DNA of 64,000 bases from a virus (Duplodnaviria; Caudoviricetes). Position numbers and translations under genes: made by a program. Location: positions 4,005-68,004 of the IMG/VR virus record IMGVR_UViG_2901150838_000002; one strand, given 5' to 3'. The notes below the pieces were generated by a model that had not been told where the DNA came from, made no database searches, and was given only the letters and a program-made list of their open reading frames with translations. Each line of letters starts with the position of its first letter. Within the stretch, counting starts at the first letter, position 1. This document shows positions 26,382-36,271 of this stretch, piece after piece.

Positions 26382-28724
26382 TCACTCAAGGACAAGCGTT
26401 CCTTTTCCTGCCAAAACATGTTGTAATTTGTCGGCAAGAGTATCAGCAATCTTTTCGGATAGACTGTCCAGATCCTCTTTGCTGTTTACGCTATTGCTCT
26501 GGAGTGTCAGTTGGATAGTTGGTCGGAAATCAACGTATGTTGATCCAGCAGTTTGTTCCCCAACTGCTGCCTGAGCAACCCCTGTATTGGCGAGGGAAGG
26601 TGTATAGCTTGGCACCTTGCTAAATGAATCTTCCATAGCCGTCGCAAGAGAATCACCCGAAGCCTCAACACCGATCGCCATTGTCTCAGGAATAGCCATA
26701 CCGCTGTCTGTGAGTCGGGAGAACGGCCCCAAATCTGCGTCTGAGTGGGGCAAGAATTGATCCGCCCATTCAAAAACGCTCGAAAGTGCGTCAGCAACCT
26801 TATCCTTCACAGACAATATACCATCGACAATCGTGGTGATAATTTTCTGTCCGCTCTCAAATAACCCGCTGATCCACCCGCCAAACCAACCATCGATAGT
26901 CGTGAATGCGTTCAAGAAGGTATTCTTGATGGTCTCCCATGCACCTGACCAGTCACCAGTGATGAACTGAGTGAAGGCTGTGAAGATGCCCTTCCAAAAA
27001 GCAATAACGGTATTGAGATAGGCAGAGATTCCTTCCCACACTGCTATTCCTGCGTTCTTTACCCATTCCCACGCGGCTACCAGATAGGCACTCACCATAT
27101 CCCAATTCTCGTATAGCCACCAGCCAGCAGCAATAAGTGCGATTACGGCGGCTATCACCAAGAGGATCGGCCATAGAGCTGAAAGTGAAGCTATTCCGAA
27201 CCCACCCATAGCAGCGGACATGGCTGCAAATCCTGTTGTTACCGGCATCCAAATCCCAGCAAGAAACACAAGTGGAGCGACCAGCAATAAGAGTGCAGCT
27301 ACGACCATTAAGAAGGCAACTGCAATTTTAGTAATCAGAGGATGATCTTTAGCAAACTCACCAATTCCTTTTGTAATATCTGCGATGAAACCAACGATTG
27401 GTTTAACTACATCCAGCACCGCGTCACCAACTGGTTCAAAGGCGAGTTGCATCTCATTGGACATCGCCTGCCAATCACTTGCTACTTGGTCAGCTATTTC
27501 TCCGGCCTTTCCCCCGAATTCTTCAAGAGGTTTTGCGTTCATCATGGCCTTTACTGCAGCTCGTCCAGCATCCTCGAACTGGGTGCCGAAAACTTTGGAC
27601 ATAACATCGTCCTGCACGCTAGCATCTTTGATTGATGCAATACCCGTTGTAATTGCCATGATCGCCTGTTCTGCCTCTTTGCCCCCGGCCTTGATTTGAT
27701 CGAGTATCTTGAACAGTTTATCCTTACCGAATATTCCCTCAAGCGCTCCCAATGCGTTTTCGTCCAGGGCCTTATTCAAGCGGATGCCAAACGATTCCTT
27801 GAAAGCATCCCCTAACTTGTCAAAGTTGAAAGCACCGGACTCTGCTCCCGCCACGAACATACCCATCATTTTTTCAGCGCTGATTCCGGCCTCTTTGAAT
27901 TGCGGAGAGTATTCCCAAATGGTATCAAGCAAATCATCCGCTTTATCTCCGACTCGTTGATACGCAGCGGAAATCATATCAAGTCCTTTGACTGGCTCTG
28001 TTCCCCACTGTCCTTGCATCATGTCCAGGGCCTTAGCAATACTGTCCTGATCGAGATCGCCAAGAGAAACCTTCTCCAGAGCAATGGCACCCTCAGCGAC
28101 TTTCCGAATCTCTTCATCAGTACCCTCAAGGAGATGTCTGAATCTCCCGAATGACTCCGCAGCTTCCTGGGGAGCTTCGACCAGACCGGACGTGAATAAT
28201 TTTTTTACTGAGTCTGACATTGACACCATTTCCGAATCTGTTGCACCCACACGAGCTTGCAGCAAGTCAAGGGAATGGTCCATGTTGTATGCTGATACTG
28301 CCGCGGCAGACAAACCAGCGGTAACCACCGCACCACCTGCAGCAGCAACACCCGCAATTTCTTCCATATGCCCGGCTGCTTTATCAACATACTCGAGTGA
28401 TTCTGCCGCCTCATCCCCGGCCTTGGAAGCAGCCCGAAGTGCTCTTTCCAATCGTGTGATATGTTTATCATCGACCGAATCCGCTTCGTGATCCACATCG
28501 GCAATTTCGCGGGCCAGCTTTGTAGCTTGGCGATGGGCGTCATCCATAGCATTATCCAGTTGGGTTATTCCAGCGTGGTCTATGCTATCCAACGCATTTT
28601 CCATTTCGGTTGCGGCATCTTCAACATCATCGAAAATGTCCAGAACATCACCAAGGTGCTTCAGAAGGGAGGAGAGCTGCTTGGACATCTTCTCTTGAAA
28701 CGCAAGCGTTGTCGTTAAAGCCAT
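26382..28724 (-). CDS. Tail tape measure protein
   Basis: DDLLDTIWEYS TMP motif, TM region and Trp-spaced repeats. Confidence 0.92.
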   Translation of the reverse strand: MALTTTLAFQEKMSKQLSSLLKHLGDVLDIFDDVEDAATEMENALDSIDHAGITQLDNAMDDAHRQATKLAREIADVDHEADSVDDKHITRLERALRAASKAGDEAAESLEYVDKAAGHMEEIAGVAAAGGAVVTAGLSAAAVSAYNMDHSLDLLQARVGATDSEMVSMSDSVKKLFTSGLVEAPQEAAESFGRFRHLLEGTDEEIRKVAEGAIALEKVSLGDLDQDSIAKALDMMQGQWGTEPVKGLDMISAAYQRVGDKADDLLDTIWEYSPQFKEAGISAEKMMGMFVAGAESGAFNFDKLGDAFKESFGIRLNKALDENALGALEGIFGKDKLFKILDQIKAGGKEAEQAIMAITTGIASIKDASVQDDVMSKVFGTQFEDAGRAAVKAMMNAKPLEEFGGKAGEIADQVASDWQAMSNEMQLAFEPVGDAVLDVVKPIVGFIADITKGIGEFAKDHPLITKIAVAFLMVVAALLLLVAPLVFLAGIWMPVTTGFAAMSAAMGGFGIASLSALWPILLVIAAVIALIAAGWWLYENWDMVSAYLVAAWEWVKNAGIAVWEGISAYLNTVIAFWKGIFTAFTQFITGDWSGAWETIKNTFLNAFTTIDGWFGGWISGLFESGQKIITTIVDGILSVKDKVADALSSVFEWADQFLPHSDADLGPFSRLTDSGMAIPETMAIGVEASGDSLATAMEDSFSKVPSYTPSLANTGVAQAAVGEQTAGSTYVDFRPTIQLTLQSNSVNSKEDLDSLSEKIADTLADKLQHVLAGKGTLVLE

Positions 28725-28727
28725 TAC

Positions 28728-28931
28728 CTATCTCCCCCTTCCTCTTCGCCTGCGGCTTTTCATTCGCTCCATTTTCTTTGCCTGCTCGGATTTGCGCTCC
28801 ATCTCCATAACGGTAGAAACCAGGACGAATTGCTTTTCCCGCTCAGGGAGAGTTAGGATTTCCGAAGGCAGGCGGTTTTTTTCTTGCCAGATATAAGAAT
28901 AGAGAGCCAGTTCCGGGCTCTCCTTGATTAG
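28728..28931 (-). CDS. -1 frameshift extension of tail assembly chaperone (gpGT-like)
   Basis: A-AAA-AAC slippery site at 28937-28931; -1 frame reads LIKESPELALYSYIWQ...RGRGR*. Confidence 0.75.
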   Translation of the reverse strand, partial: LIKESPELALYSYIWQEKNRLPSEILTLPEREKQFVLVSTVMEMERKSEQAKKMERMKSRRRRGRGR

Positions 28932-29359
28932 TTTTTTACCTCTTCCTCTGCCTCCTCATCGTCTGCAAAATCACTTATTTCAGCGATCGCATCATACAGG
29001 TCATCCAGCTCTTTCGGCGATGGGAAGATGCAGGGAACAACTTCATAGGCAGCCAGCTTTCCATACTTCGCCAGCGCCTGCTGCGAGTCAATCCGGAAGT
29101 TTGTGCGATCGGTATCGATGCCGGCGATGATGATCTCAGCCTTGAAGCGCAGATCATCGAATTCAACTTTCCGCTCTGCCTTGCTCTTTTTACCTGTGAC
29201 GGATACCTTAAGCGCTGCTTTACGGGCTTTGTAATACACGTCACCAGGTACAGCACGGATAGGGAGCTTCACGCCTTTCCGTTTCCACTCCCATTCCCCT
29301 TTTGCATCGACCTGGGTGTTCATCCCCAGAAATTCTTCCATCGTGAGAAATTCACTCAT
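28928..29359 (-). CDS. Tail assembly chaperone (XkdN-like)
   Basis: Between tube and TMP; ends EEVKN at the slippery site. Confidence 0.85.
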   Translation of the reverse strand: MSEFLTMEEFLGMNTQVDAKGEWEWKRKGVKLPIRAVPGDVYYKARKAALKVSVTGKKSKAERKVEFDDLRFKAEIIIAGIDTDRTNFRIDSQQALAKYGKLAAYEVVPCIFPSPKELDDLYDAIAEISDFADDEEAEEEVKN

Positions 29360-29386
29360 GTAAAACGCCTCCTTGTCTTATTGGAA

Positions 29387-29800
29387 TTAATCGATCGGAT
29401 CGTAATCGTCCACAGTTCCTTCAAGCGATGTATCTTCGTCCAGCTCGCCGTGACTCCACTTGGCAATAGACAACGAGTCGGGGGAGAATCCGATAACCGC
29501 AACGCGGTATTTACCGGCGATCGGGTCATCAAGCTCGCCAATGAAGTTCACTTTCCCCTCAGGGTTTTTGGCGAGCTCCATGATGAGTTTCTGGACATTC
29601 GATGTCCGTTCAAATGTGGCCGTCATGCTCACGGATGACGAAACGACACGGTGCCCCTTTCGAAGCTTACCGGCTCGCTTGCTTTCGGCCTTGTCAAACT
29701 CCTCGGTCAATTCAAAACCAATGCACTCGGTCAATTCGTTACCGTTCTGGTCGTAGAAATGCCCGTGCGTACCGGAGTAGGTTTGAGCGTCCTTTGACAT
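29387..29800 (-). CDS. Tail tube protein (XkdM-like)
   Basis: SGTHG...LDDP motifs; follows sheath. Confidence 0.85.
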   Translation of the reverse strand: MSKDAQTYSGTHGHFYDQNGNELTECIGFELTEEFDKAESKRAGKLRKGHRVVSSSVSMTATFERTSNVQKLIMELAKNPEGKVNFIGELDDPIAGKYRVAVIGFSPDSLSIAKWSHGELDEDTSLEGTVDDYDPID

Positions 29801-29811
29801 TATCAGTCACC

Positions 29812-31224
29812 TCATTTCGCTTTGTTGTAGGTGTAAATCTTCTCGAGTGCATCCTGATGACGGAAGCCAGCGATGAAGTGCCCTGCGTTTCTTGCTGGCG
29901 TGTAAATCGGATCTGGTCCGTGGTATTCAGGGTCTTCGATGTATTCATAGTCAGCAGCAATAACCTCCAGCGCTGCAAGTGGACGGAATACTTCCCGCTT
30001 GATCATCTGGCAGAACGCGGCGCGGCGCGCCGGACTGTTGCTGTTCGGTTGCTGGCGTACCCACTCCTTGCCCGCCTCTTCTTCCGCATACATGATCGAA
30101 TGGAAGGTATCTACCACACGGATTTTCCCGAAGTCCTTGGATTGATCGGGTCCCGGAGTTGTGAGCGTATTTACCGGTTCCTGAATGATTACCTTGCCAT
30201 TGTCCATGTTGAGCATCAGCGTGCCGGATTGTACCAGTTCGATCAGATCGGTTTCGTCCCACTCTTTGGTGAGTGCTTCGAACTTGGTCACGTAGAGGGC
30301 CATTGTATAGTTCAGAGGCATGGCAGCCATCAGCGAGCCAATAAACACCGCTGTTTTGGCGCTTGAATAGGTTTTGCCCTTCCACTTGAAGCCGCTACCG
30401 ACGTTCACCACAACCATGTTGTTTGCATCAGTGGACGACTTTTTGATCGCCGCTTTATCCTGATCACGCGTGGAGTCCCCACCGAAAATAAACTTGATGT
30501 AATTCCCGAGGACGTTTTGCTGATCCGCCCAATCCTGAGCGGATGCGTTCAATGCCGCATCAGAAATCCCCAATGTGAAGACGCCAAACTTCCCTTTTTG
30601 GGTAGCCAGAGCGTTTTGATAGGCGGTATATTTGGTGGCTTCTACACTCTTCCCGCTGTCTCCGCCGGTTAAATTCGTCCCCGCGGTGGAATCGGGCAGC
30701 TGATCTGCCAGTTTAGTCAGAACGATGTAATCGCTGAAAGCATACGCAGCGACCAACTCATCCACTGTACCGCCTGTCTGACTGTCAACCAGTTCCGCAT
30801 CTTTATAAACCAGCAAATCACGCTTGGTGTTGTCCAAAAGGTTCGGTTGAACAACGACTTTCAGACTGTTACCAAGCACGCCTTTATACTTCGCCTCGAT
30901 TTTCAGTACGTCAGTCGCACCGCTTTTCAATGTAGCACTCGCAACCTTCGCGCTTTCTCCTGCCACACGATAAAGCAGCACCTCAGTCGGCTGTGGGTCT
31001 GCCGCCCATACCAAGTCAAAGTCATCGACCTGGCCGAATTTCTTCTCTGCGGCCGTTTTATTGCGGACCGTGATAAACTCTCCGATCGGGCCCCAATCGG
31101 CAACGATCGGCAGCGCGAATTTTCCACGCAGCCCTGCTGTGGTCTGCTCTTCAATAAACGATTTGAGGAAAGAGTAGGCGCCGGAAAGCACCTTCTCTTC
31201 CCCCGGTTGGTATTTACCAGACAT
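29812..31224 (-). CDS. Tail sheath protein (XkdK-like)
   Basis: EKVLSGAY, DWGP, KIRVVDT, DALEKIY. Confidence 0.92.
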   Translation of the reverse strand: MSGKYQPGEEKVLSGAYSFLKSFIEEQTTAGLRGKFALPIVADWGPIGEFITVRNKTAAEKKFGQVDDFDLVWAADPQPTEVLLYRVAGESAKVASATLKSGATDVLKIEAKYKGVLGNSLKVVVQPNLLDNTKRDLLVYKDAELVDSQTGGTVDELVAAYAFSDYIVLTKLADQLPDSTAGTNLTGGDSGKSVEATKYTAYQNALATQKGKFGVFTLGISDAALNASAQDWADQQNVLGNYIKFIFGGDSTRDQDKAAIKKSSTDANNMVVVNVGSGFKWKGKTYSSAKTAVFIGSLMAAMPLNYTMALYVTKFEALTKEWDETDLIELVQSGTLMLNMDNGKVIIQEPVNTLTTPGPDQSKDFGKIRVVDTFHSIMYAEEEAGKEWVRQQPNSNSPARRAAFCQMIKREVFRPLAALEVIAADYEYIEDPEYHGPDPIYTPARNAGHFIAGFRHQDALEKIYTYNKAK

Positions 31225-31524
31225 CTATTCCACCGTCCTTTCCTTGAACTTCGTAACGAACTCTTCCGCCTCCTCGACGGTCATTTCGTCAGGGGCATCA
31301 AAAAAGGCAGTGATTGCTTCCGTCCGGTTCAAGCCGAACTTCTGCTCCGCTACCTGCATGATTTGGTGTTTTGCGTACTTCACTGTGCCGACACTGTCGC
31401 TGTCATTTCTTTCTTCTTGCGCTAATTGAGCAGCAGCTTCATCCGTCGATGCTTCTGCAGTCGGTTGTTCTGCATTAACTTTTGTAGTTTCTTCGATGTC
31501 CGTTTCCGTTTTTTTACGTACCAC
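31225..31524 (-). CDS. Hypothetical virion-region protein
   Basis: Coupled ORF between tail terminator and sheath. Confidence 0.65.
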   Translation of the reverse strand: MVRKKTETDIEETTKVNAEQPTAEASTDEAAAQLAQEERNDSDSVGTVKYAKHQIMQVAEQKFGLNRTEAITAFFDAPDEMTVEEAEEFVTKFKERTVE

Positions 31525-31981
31525 TTGGTTTCCCTCCTTTCTTCAAGGTAGGATCATATCGGTTATGAATCACTTCTAGCGGGTCGTATTCGATCGGCGT
31601 GTACGGGATATAAACCAGATATTTCAGCTCCATCGATTGATCGAGGCCATCCGGTTTACTAAAAGTCAGCCGGCACTCCCTGATGTATCCAACCTGCTGG
31701 CGATTCGTATCGTAAAGCGGAAGAATCCAACGTCGATCAGCAAGGTCTTGCCTCACTCGTTGCACAATATCCTTCCGTTGGCCGACATCCTTTGCCAGAA
31801 ATACCGCATTCAGCGTGACTCTTTCACGGTATGCATCGGGCCTTCTTGGATCCGGAACTCGCATTGGTTCTTCCACAAACCATGTTGGCCGTGTAAAGTC
31901 CTTGGGCTTCGGCAGTTCCTCTGCACCGATGTTGGTCAAGGAATACAGCCAGCGCCGAATGGAAAGTACATCATCAGCCAT
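31514..31981 (-). CDS. Tail terminator/completion protein
   Basis: Position after HK97-gp10; start MADDVLS with AGGAGG RBS. Confidence 0.7.
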   Translation of the reverse strand: MADDVLSIRRWLYSLTNIGAEELPKPKDFTRPTWFVEEPMRVPDPRRPDAYRERVTLNAVFLAKDVGQRKDIVQRVRQDLADRRWILPLYDTNRQQVGYIRECRLTFSKPDGLDQSMELKYLVYIPYTPIEYDPLEVIHNRYDPTLKKGGKPSGT

Positions 31982-32519
31982 CGGGGAACAACCTCCTTGC
32001 CAACTCGTCAAGCTCTTCTTGCACCAGTTCATCCATGATGGATTCAACCTCGGCTTCCGAACGAGCCAAATAGTGAACGCCGGGAATGCGTTTGCCTGTT
32101 AAGATCATGCCGTAATCCCAGATGTTCGGGTTCTTGCCTGCCGCCTGATCATAAAGAAACTGCACATAGGCTTTCGGGTCATAGATGAATTTTTCATCAT
32201 CCCAATGCCCAGGCACGAATTGCCCCTTCCGCTGTGTGAATCCTTCCTCCACATATCGGGCGTATTCAAGATGTGTCCCGACAGTGATTTCCGCTTTCGT
32301 CCCCCGAAGAATCAGGTCGAAGATGTTATCTGGATTCCCGATCATGAGCGATTCCTGAAGGACGCCGTCTCGAACCGGAGCACGATCCTGCGCGCCTCTC
32401 AGAATTTGAAACCCTGCCTTTCTGGCTACCCGATCCATTGCGGCTTCGACTTCCCGTTTGCTTTGCTTTTTCAGGCGGCGATACTGTCGCTCCAAGTCCT
32501 TTTTGTTGACGGTAGCCAT
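31974..32519 (-). CDS. HK97 gp10-family neck protein
   Basis: APVRDGVLQES, YARYVEEG. Confidence 0.85.
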   Translation of the reverse strand: MATVNKKDLERQYRRLKKQSKREVEAAMDRVARKAGFQILRGAQDRAPVRDGVLQESLMIGNPDNIFDLILRGTKAEITVGTHLEYARYVEEGFTQRKGQFVPGHWDDEKFIYDPKAYVQFLYDQAAGKNPNIWDYGMILTGKRIPGVHYLARSEAEVESIMDELVQEELDELARRLFPDG

Positions 32520-32905
32520 TAGATTTCAGGCTCCTCTCCCGTTGCTGCATCGATCAGGCTGATCACAACCTCGTAGTGATGCAGGCCAGCGTCTCCGTAA
32601 ACGGGATAAGGCAATCCAACTTGATAGACAAGCCCGGAAAACTCAGGCTGTTCAAGTTGAATTCGCATGCCAGCTTTCATCCCGCCATGAAGGGTATGCA
32701 GAAGGAAGTCCTGAGACGTTGCCTGCCGCCCTGTAAGCTGCTGAATACGACCGGGGGAACCAGATACCCTGCAAGGCACGTTCTGGGCTACTGTGCGCCA
32801 TTCTGAGCTGTCTTTACCTCCTGTGAAGGGGTCAGTCTCCCCTCCGACATCCAGAAGGGTAAATGAGTGGCACAGAAGCCGTTTGTAATTGGTCAAATCA
32901 TCCAC
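32519..32905 (-). CDS. Head closure protein
   Basis: VPCRVS and HHYEV; position. Confidence 0.7.
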   Translation of the reverse strand: MDDLTNYKRLLCHSFTLLDVGGETDPFTGGKDSSEWRTVAQNVPCRVSGSPGRIQQLTGRQATSQDFLLHTLHGGMKAGMRIQLEQPEFSGLVYQVGLPYPVYGDAGLHHYEVVISLIDAATGEEPEI

Positions 32906-33210
32906 AGCTTCTGCCCCCGTTTCTTACTGTATTTCAAGAGAATATCCTGCACCTTCGGATCGTTTGACGAGTAGGATATTGACTCCTGATAGTCCCCTTG
33001 CTTCACGCTGGTTACACGCTTTTCCTGCGCCATATCCTTCGCAACCATGGCCGTAGCCAATCGCAATTCTTCAGGCACCGGGTCAGGAAGATTCACCTGA
33101 CCCAGCACATAGATGTTTGCATTCAGAACGACTGAGCTCAGCTTGTCAGGCGACAAAGAAGCCAGTTCAGGAAAATGAGCCAGCAGCTGCTCGTTACTGA
33201 GGATTGTCAT
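32893..33210 (-). CDS. Head-tail connector/adaptor
   Basis: PEELRLA, SVKQGDYQESISY. Confidence 0.75.
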   Translation of the reverse strand: MTILSNEQLLAHFPELASLSPDKLSSVVLNANIYVLGQVNLPDPVPEELRLATAMVAKDMAQEKRVTSVKQGDYQESISYSSNDPKVQDILLKYSKKRGQKLWMI

Positions 33211-33388
33211 CGGTCGTCACAGCCTGACTGCCGCCTTCGTCATCCCCGGATGGGTCTTCCACAACCTTGTATTCATGCTGGGAGTAGATGACCTCATAAG
33301 CTTTGCGACTGACTTTCAGTTTTTCTTTACCCTTGCTGATCACAAGGATGTCATTTGGCTTTTTCATTGTGGGGAACTCCTTTCTCAC
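33194..33388 (-). CDS. Small hypothetical protein after capsid gene
   Basis: KAYEVIY motif common after this MCP type. Confidence 0.55.
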   Translation of the reverse strand: MRKEFPTMKKPNDILVISKGKEKLKVSRKAYEVIYSQHEYKVVEDPSGDDEGGSQAVTTDDNPQ

Positions 33389-33396
33389 TGAATTGA

Positions 33397-34383
33397 TTAA
33401 CCTACGAAGCCTGCAGGACGCAGCACGCCAAACGCGGCTTCTTTGACTACCAGGAATGCCACTTGGAACGTAGCTTTCAGCGCAACCATGTCCTGTTCAG
33501 CAAGAGAAAGAGGCTTACCATCTGCTGCATTAACGCTTTGCAAGGTAGCCTCTTTCAGGATTTCGTATTCGATTTGTTGCAGAATGCCGACCTTAGACTT
33601 TTTGTAGTCGCCAGCAATGAGATCCGCTTTTGTTTTGTCCCATGCTCCATTGCGGCAGTATTCGATCGGGAGAGCGTACAGGGAGTCTTCCGCAACCCCT
33701 TCACGAACGGAAGTCAGATAGAGCGGATCACCCTGGCTGTTTTTCAGACCGCGCAGAGAGGACTTCAAGCCAAAGTGGGCAGCGAATGCGCGTGGTTCTT
33801 GATCATCAGCTTCAATCAACGCCATAACGCTGTTCACGTCATCCGCGAGATTTTGCCCTGCGACCGATCCGCGGGTAAAGGTGTTGCCGGAGTTTACCGC
33901 AGCGGTCAGTATGTTGGTTGCAAACGGCGACTCCGTACCGATGAAGGCAGCTGCATCCAACTTGGTGTAGAATGCTTCCGCGATGTAAGGCTTCAATTCC
34001 TCGAAAACGTCAATACGCGGGCGGTTGAGTGCTTCCTTCGACATCGGAATGATGACACCCAATTTTTTCGCCTGCAGCGTTACCTGTGCCCAGGTTGCCT
34101 TTGATGTTTTGATTCGCTCTCCCTCACCGACCCAGTAGGCGCCCGGACCATCAAGCAGGACGGGAATCTTCTTTGTGGCCGTGGTCATCGGTTCCAAATC
34201 GGCAAGCTTCATGATCGCTGAGCCGCGAACCACGTCCTTGACGATGTCCGTTGCGGTTTCATCTGGAATCAAGCCAGTCAGTTCCGTGCTGAGGGTAGCA
34301 CCTTCTGCAAATTTTTGAATGTCAAACGAAAAGGTTGCGGCCATAGCCATTACCGGCAATACGCTTATTTGTTTTTTCATCAT
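33397..34383 (-). CDS. Major capsid protein (HK97 fold)
   Basis: AYWVGEGERIKTS, AKKLGVIIPMSKE, EQDMVALKAT. Confidence 0.92.
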   Translation of the reverse strand: MMKKQISVLPVMAMAATFSFDIQKFAEGATLSTELTGLIPDETATDIVKDVVRGSAIMKLADLEPMTTATKKIPVLLDGPGAYWVGEGERIKTSKATWAQVTLQAKKLGVIIPMSKEALNRPRIDVFEELKPYIAEAFYTKLDAAAFIGTESPFATNILTAAVNSGNTFTRGSVAGQNLADDVNSVMALIEADDQEPRAFAAHFGLKSSLRGLKNSQGDPLYLTSVREGVAEDSLYALPIEYCRNGAWDKTKADLIAGDYKKSKVGILQQIEYEILKEATLQSVNAADGKPLSLAEQDMVALKATFQVAFLVVKEAAFGVLRPAGFVG

Positions 34384-34397
34384 GGATAAGTTCCTCC

Positions 34398-35096
34398 TTA
34401 GATACGCTGCATTTTTCGCAGGTCAGTAATGTTTGGAATGGTTGATTTTTGTTGCGTTGGCGGTTTGGACTGTGGCGTGGTGCCACGCGGAGTACCATCT
34501 GATTTGAGCCAAGGTTTCGATGTGATCAACTCGGACACGTGCTTGTCGATGTTCTTGATCTTCCCGCTGTCGGTGACTTCGACTTTGGTCAGCTCAGCCA
34601 ACCGAATCGCATCAGCCAGTTTGTCAGGATCAACCCCTTGTTTAATGGCTTCCACGATAAAGGCATTTTCAATGCGGAGGGATTGAATGGTCCCATTAGC
34701 AGTCTTCAGATCGGTTTCCCGCTCTGCCAGCTTTTGCTCCGCCGTTTTTTGCGCTTCCTGCTGCTGTTTATGGGCATCGACAATCCCCTTCAGATCGTCA
34801 GCTTTCTCAATGCCCAAGCCTTTAAGGAAATCGCTGACTGCTCCTTGCAGCGCGGAGTCATATTCCTCTTTTGAGGAAAAGGCTACCGCAGGTTTACTCC
34901 CTTCCCCTCCCTTATCGCCTCCTGCAGCTGCTTGACCGCCTCCTCCATTGGCAGCAGCTGCTGCTCCGGTACCACCACCGCCATTGTTCCCGGCCTGTCC
35001 ACCCTGACCACCTCCATTCCCGCCGTCACCGCCGCCGGCAGCACCACCTCCTTCGTTGAATCGTTGCACTTTAAAGCTCCATTGCCACTTTTTCAT
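34398..35096 (-). CDS. Capsid scaffolding protein
   Basis: VQRFNEG leader, Gly-rich linker, KTAEQK coiled coil, KPWL. Confidence 0.85.
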   Translation of the reverse strand: MKKWQWSFKVQRFNEGGGAAGGGDGGNGGGQGGQAGNNGGGGTGAAAAANGGGGQAAAGGDKGGEGSKPAVAFSSKEEYDSALQGAVSDFLKGLGIEKADDLKGIVDAHKQQQEAQKTAEQKLAERETDLKTANGTIQSLRIENAFIVEAIKQGVDPDKLADAIRLAELTKVEVTDSGKIKNIDKHVSELITSKPWLKSDGTPRGTTPQSKPPTQQKSTIPNITDLRKMQRI

Positions 35097-35304
35097 TTTG
35101 ACTTTCTCCTTCCTCAGATTGAATTTCCATAGAAACGTATTCGGGGTATTGCTGTGCAACAGCTTGGATACCAAGTAGAGCTGTCTGCATAATGGTGGAG
35201 ATTGCGGCACAAACAATGTCTTTCCCATGCTCTGCATAACCCGCATGCCCCACCGCATGAATCTTCATTTCGCCATTATCCAGGTACGCTTTGATCTTGA
35301 TCAC
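35071..35304 (-). CDS. prp: Prp-family cysteine protease (ribosomal-processing protease homologue)
   Basis: GHAGYAEHGKDIVCAAIS. Confidence 0.9.
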   Translation of the reverse strand: MIKIKAYLDNGEMKIHAVGHAGYAEHGKDIVCAAISTIMQTALLGIQAVAQQYPEYVSMEIQSEEGESQNEKVAMEL

Positions 35305-35359
35305 ATCGATGCCCCCTCCCTTCCAGGCAATAAAAAAACACCTTGATAAAAAGGTGAGA

Positions 35360-36271
35360 TTACGTTGCTATGCCTTTTGCTTTTGCCCATTCTTCATAGT
35401 TGCGAGCTGACGTATAGCCGCGCTCTTCCTTGCCGATACGATAAGATCGCTCACGCTGCAGCCTGTCAAGCACAGCCGACTTGATAACGGGTCTCCAGTA
35501 CGACCGGCAGTTTGGATGATTTGGGATGCGCTCGCCCTCACGCCCGGGATTCTCTGGCGTGTCATAATCAAGCGGATACCTTTTCCCGTCAGCCTTTCGA
35601 CATTGGGAGGAAGTCCGCTTATCCAGCGTGGCACAAAATTCTTTCTCGCCAATGATGTCTGAATTCGCTTGATAGGCGGTGGACTGCCCCTGTGCTGCCG
35701 CTCTATTCAACTCGGTACGTGCCAGCCGGAGCGCGTTTGACCAACTCTCTGAAGTCCGTAGCGTGATTTCTTTGGCTGCCCTGGTAACACCCCATCCCTG
35801 AACCGCAGCTTGCGTGATGACATCTTCCATCGATGCCGCCAACAAATCAGTGCGCAACCGAATCCGCTTCGAGAAGTGCCTTCCCTCCCACGGCTTTTCG
35901 ATGGCCGCAAGGATCATTGGGAAGTTCACTTGCGGAAGTGCCACACCGATTTCAAAATCTTGTTCAAGAAAATACAGGTGGTGGTATACGCTTCGCTTGT
36001 ATTCTTCCCCCCACACGATGCGAAGCTGCTGCTCCTCTTCGTCGCGGAGGCTGTACAGAATGGTGCGGATGCTGTCCATAATTTGATCCAGCCGCGAGGC
36101 ATTGTAAATCAACGAGACGAGATCCTGTCCGCTTTCGTTATAGCGGGCATACAAGTCTGTAATCTCTTTGACGATACTGGTGTTCGCTTTCCCAAACAGC
36201 TTTTTGAGCCGCATGCCATGCTTTGCGATCCGCGCTTCTAGCTCCTCTTGGTAGCGTTCCTCTCTGCTCAT
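35360..36271 (-). CDS. Minor head protein (SPP1 gp7 / Mu F)
   Basis: RLARTE, ATLDKRTSSQC, HPNCRS. Confidence 0.9.
   Translation of the reverse strand: MSREERYQEELEARIAKHGMRLKKLFGKANTSIVKEITDLYARYNESGQDLVSLIYNASRLDQIMDSIRTILYSLRDEEEQQLRIVWGEEYKRSVYHHLYFLEQDFEIGVALPQVNFPMILAAIEKPWEGRHFSKRIRLRTDLLAASMEDVITQAAVQGWGVTRAAKEITLRTSESWSNALRLARTELNRAAAQGQSTAYQANSDIIGEKEFCATLDKRTSSQCRKADGKRYPLDYDTPENPGREGERIPNHPNCRSYWRPVIKSAVLDRLQRERSYRIGKEERGYTSARNYEEWAKAKGIAT

Noticed and set aside
34880-35055. GC-rich repeat region
   Set aside because: Explained by the Gly/Ala low-complexity linker of the scaffold protein
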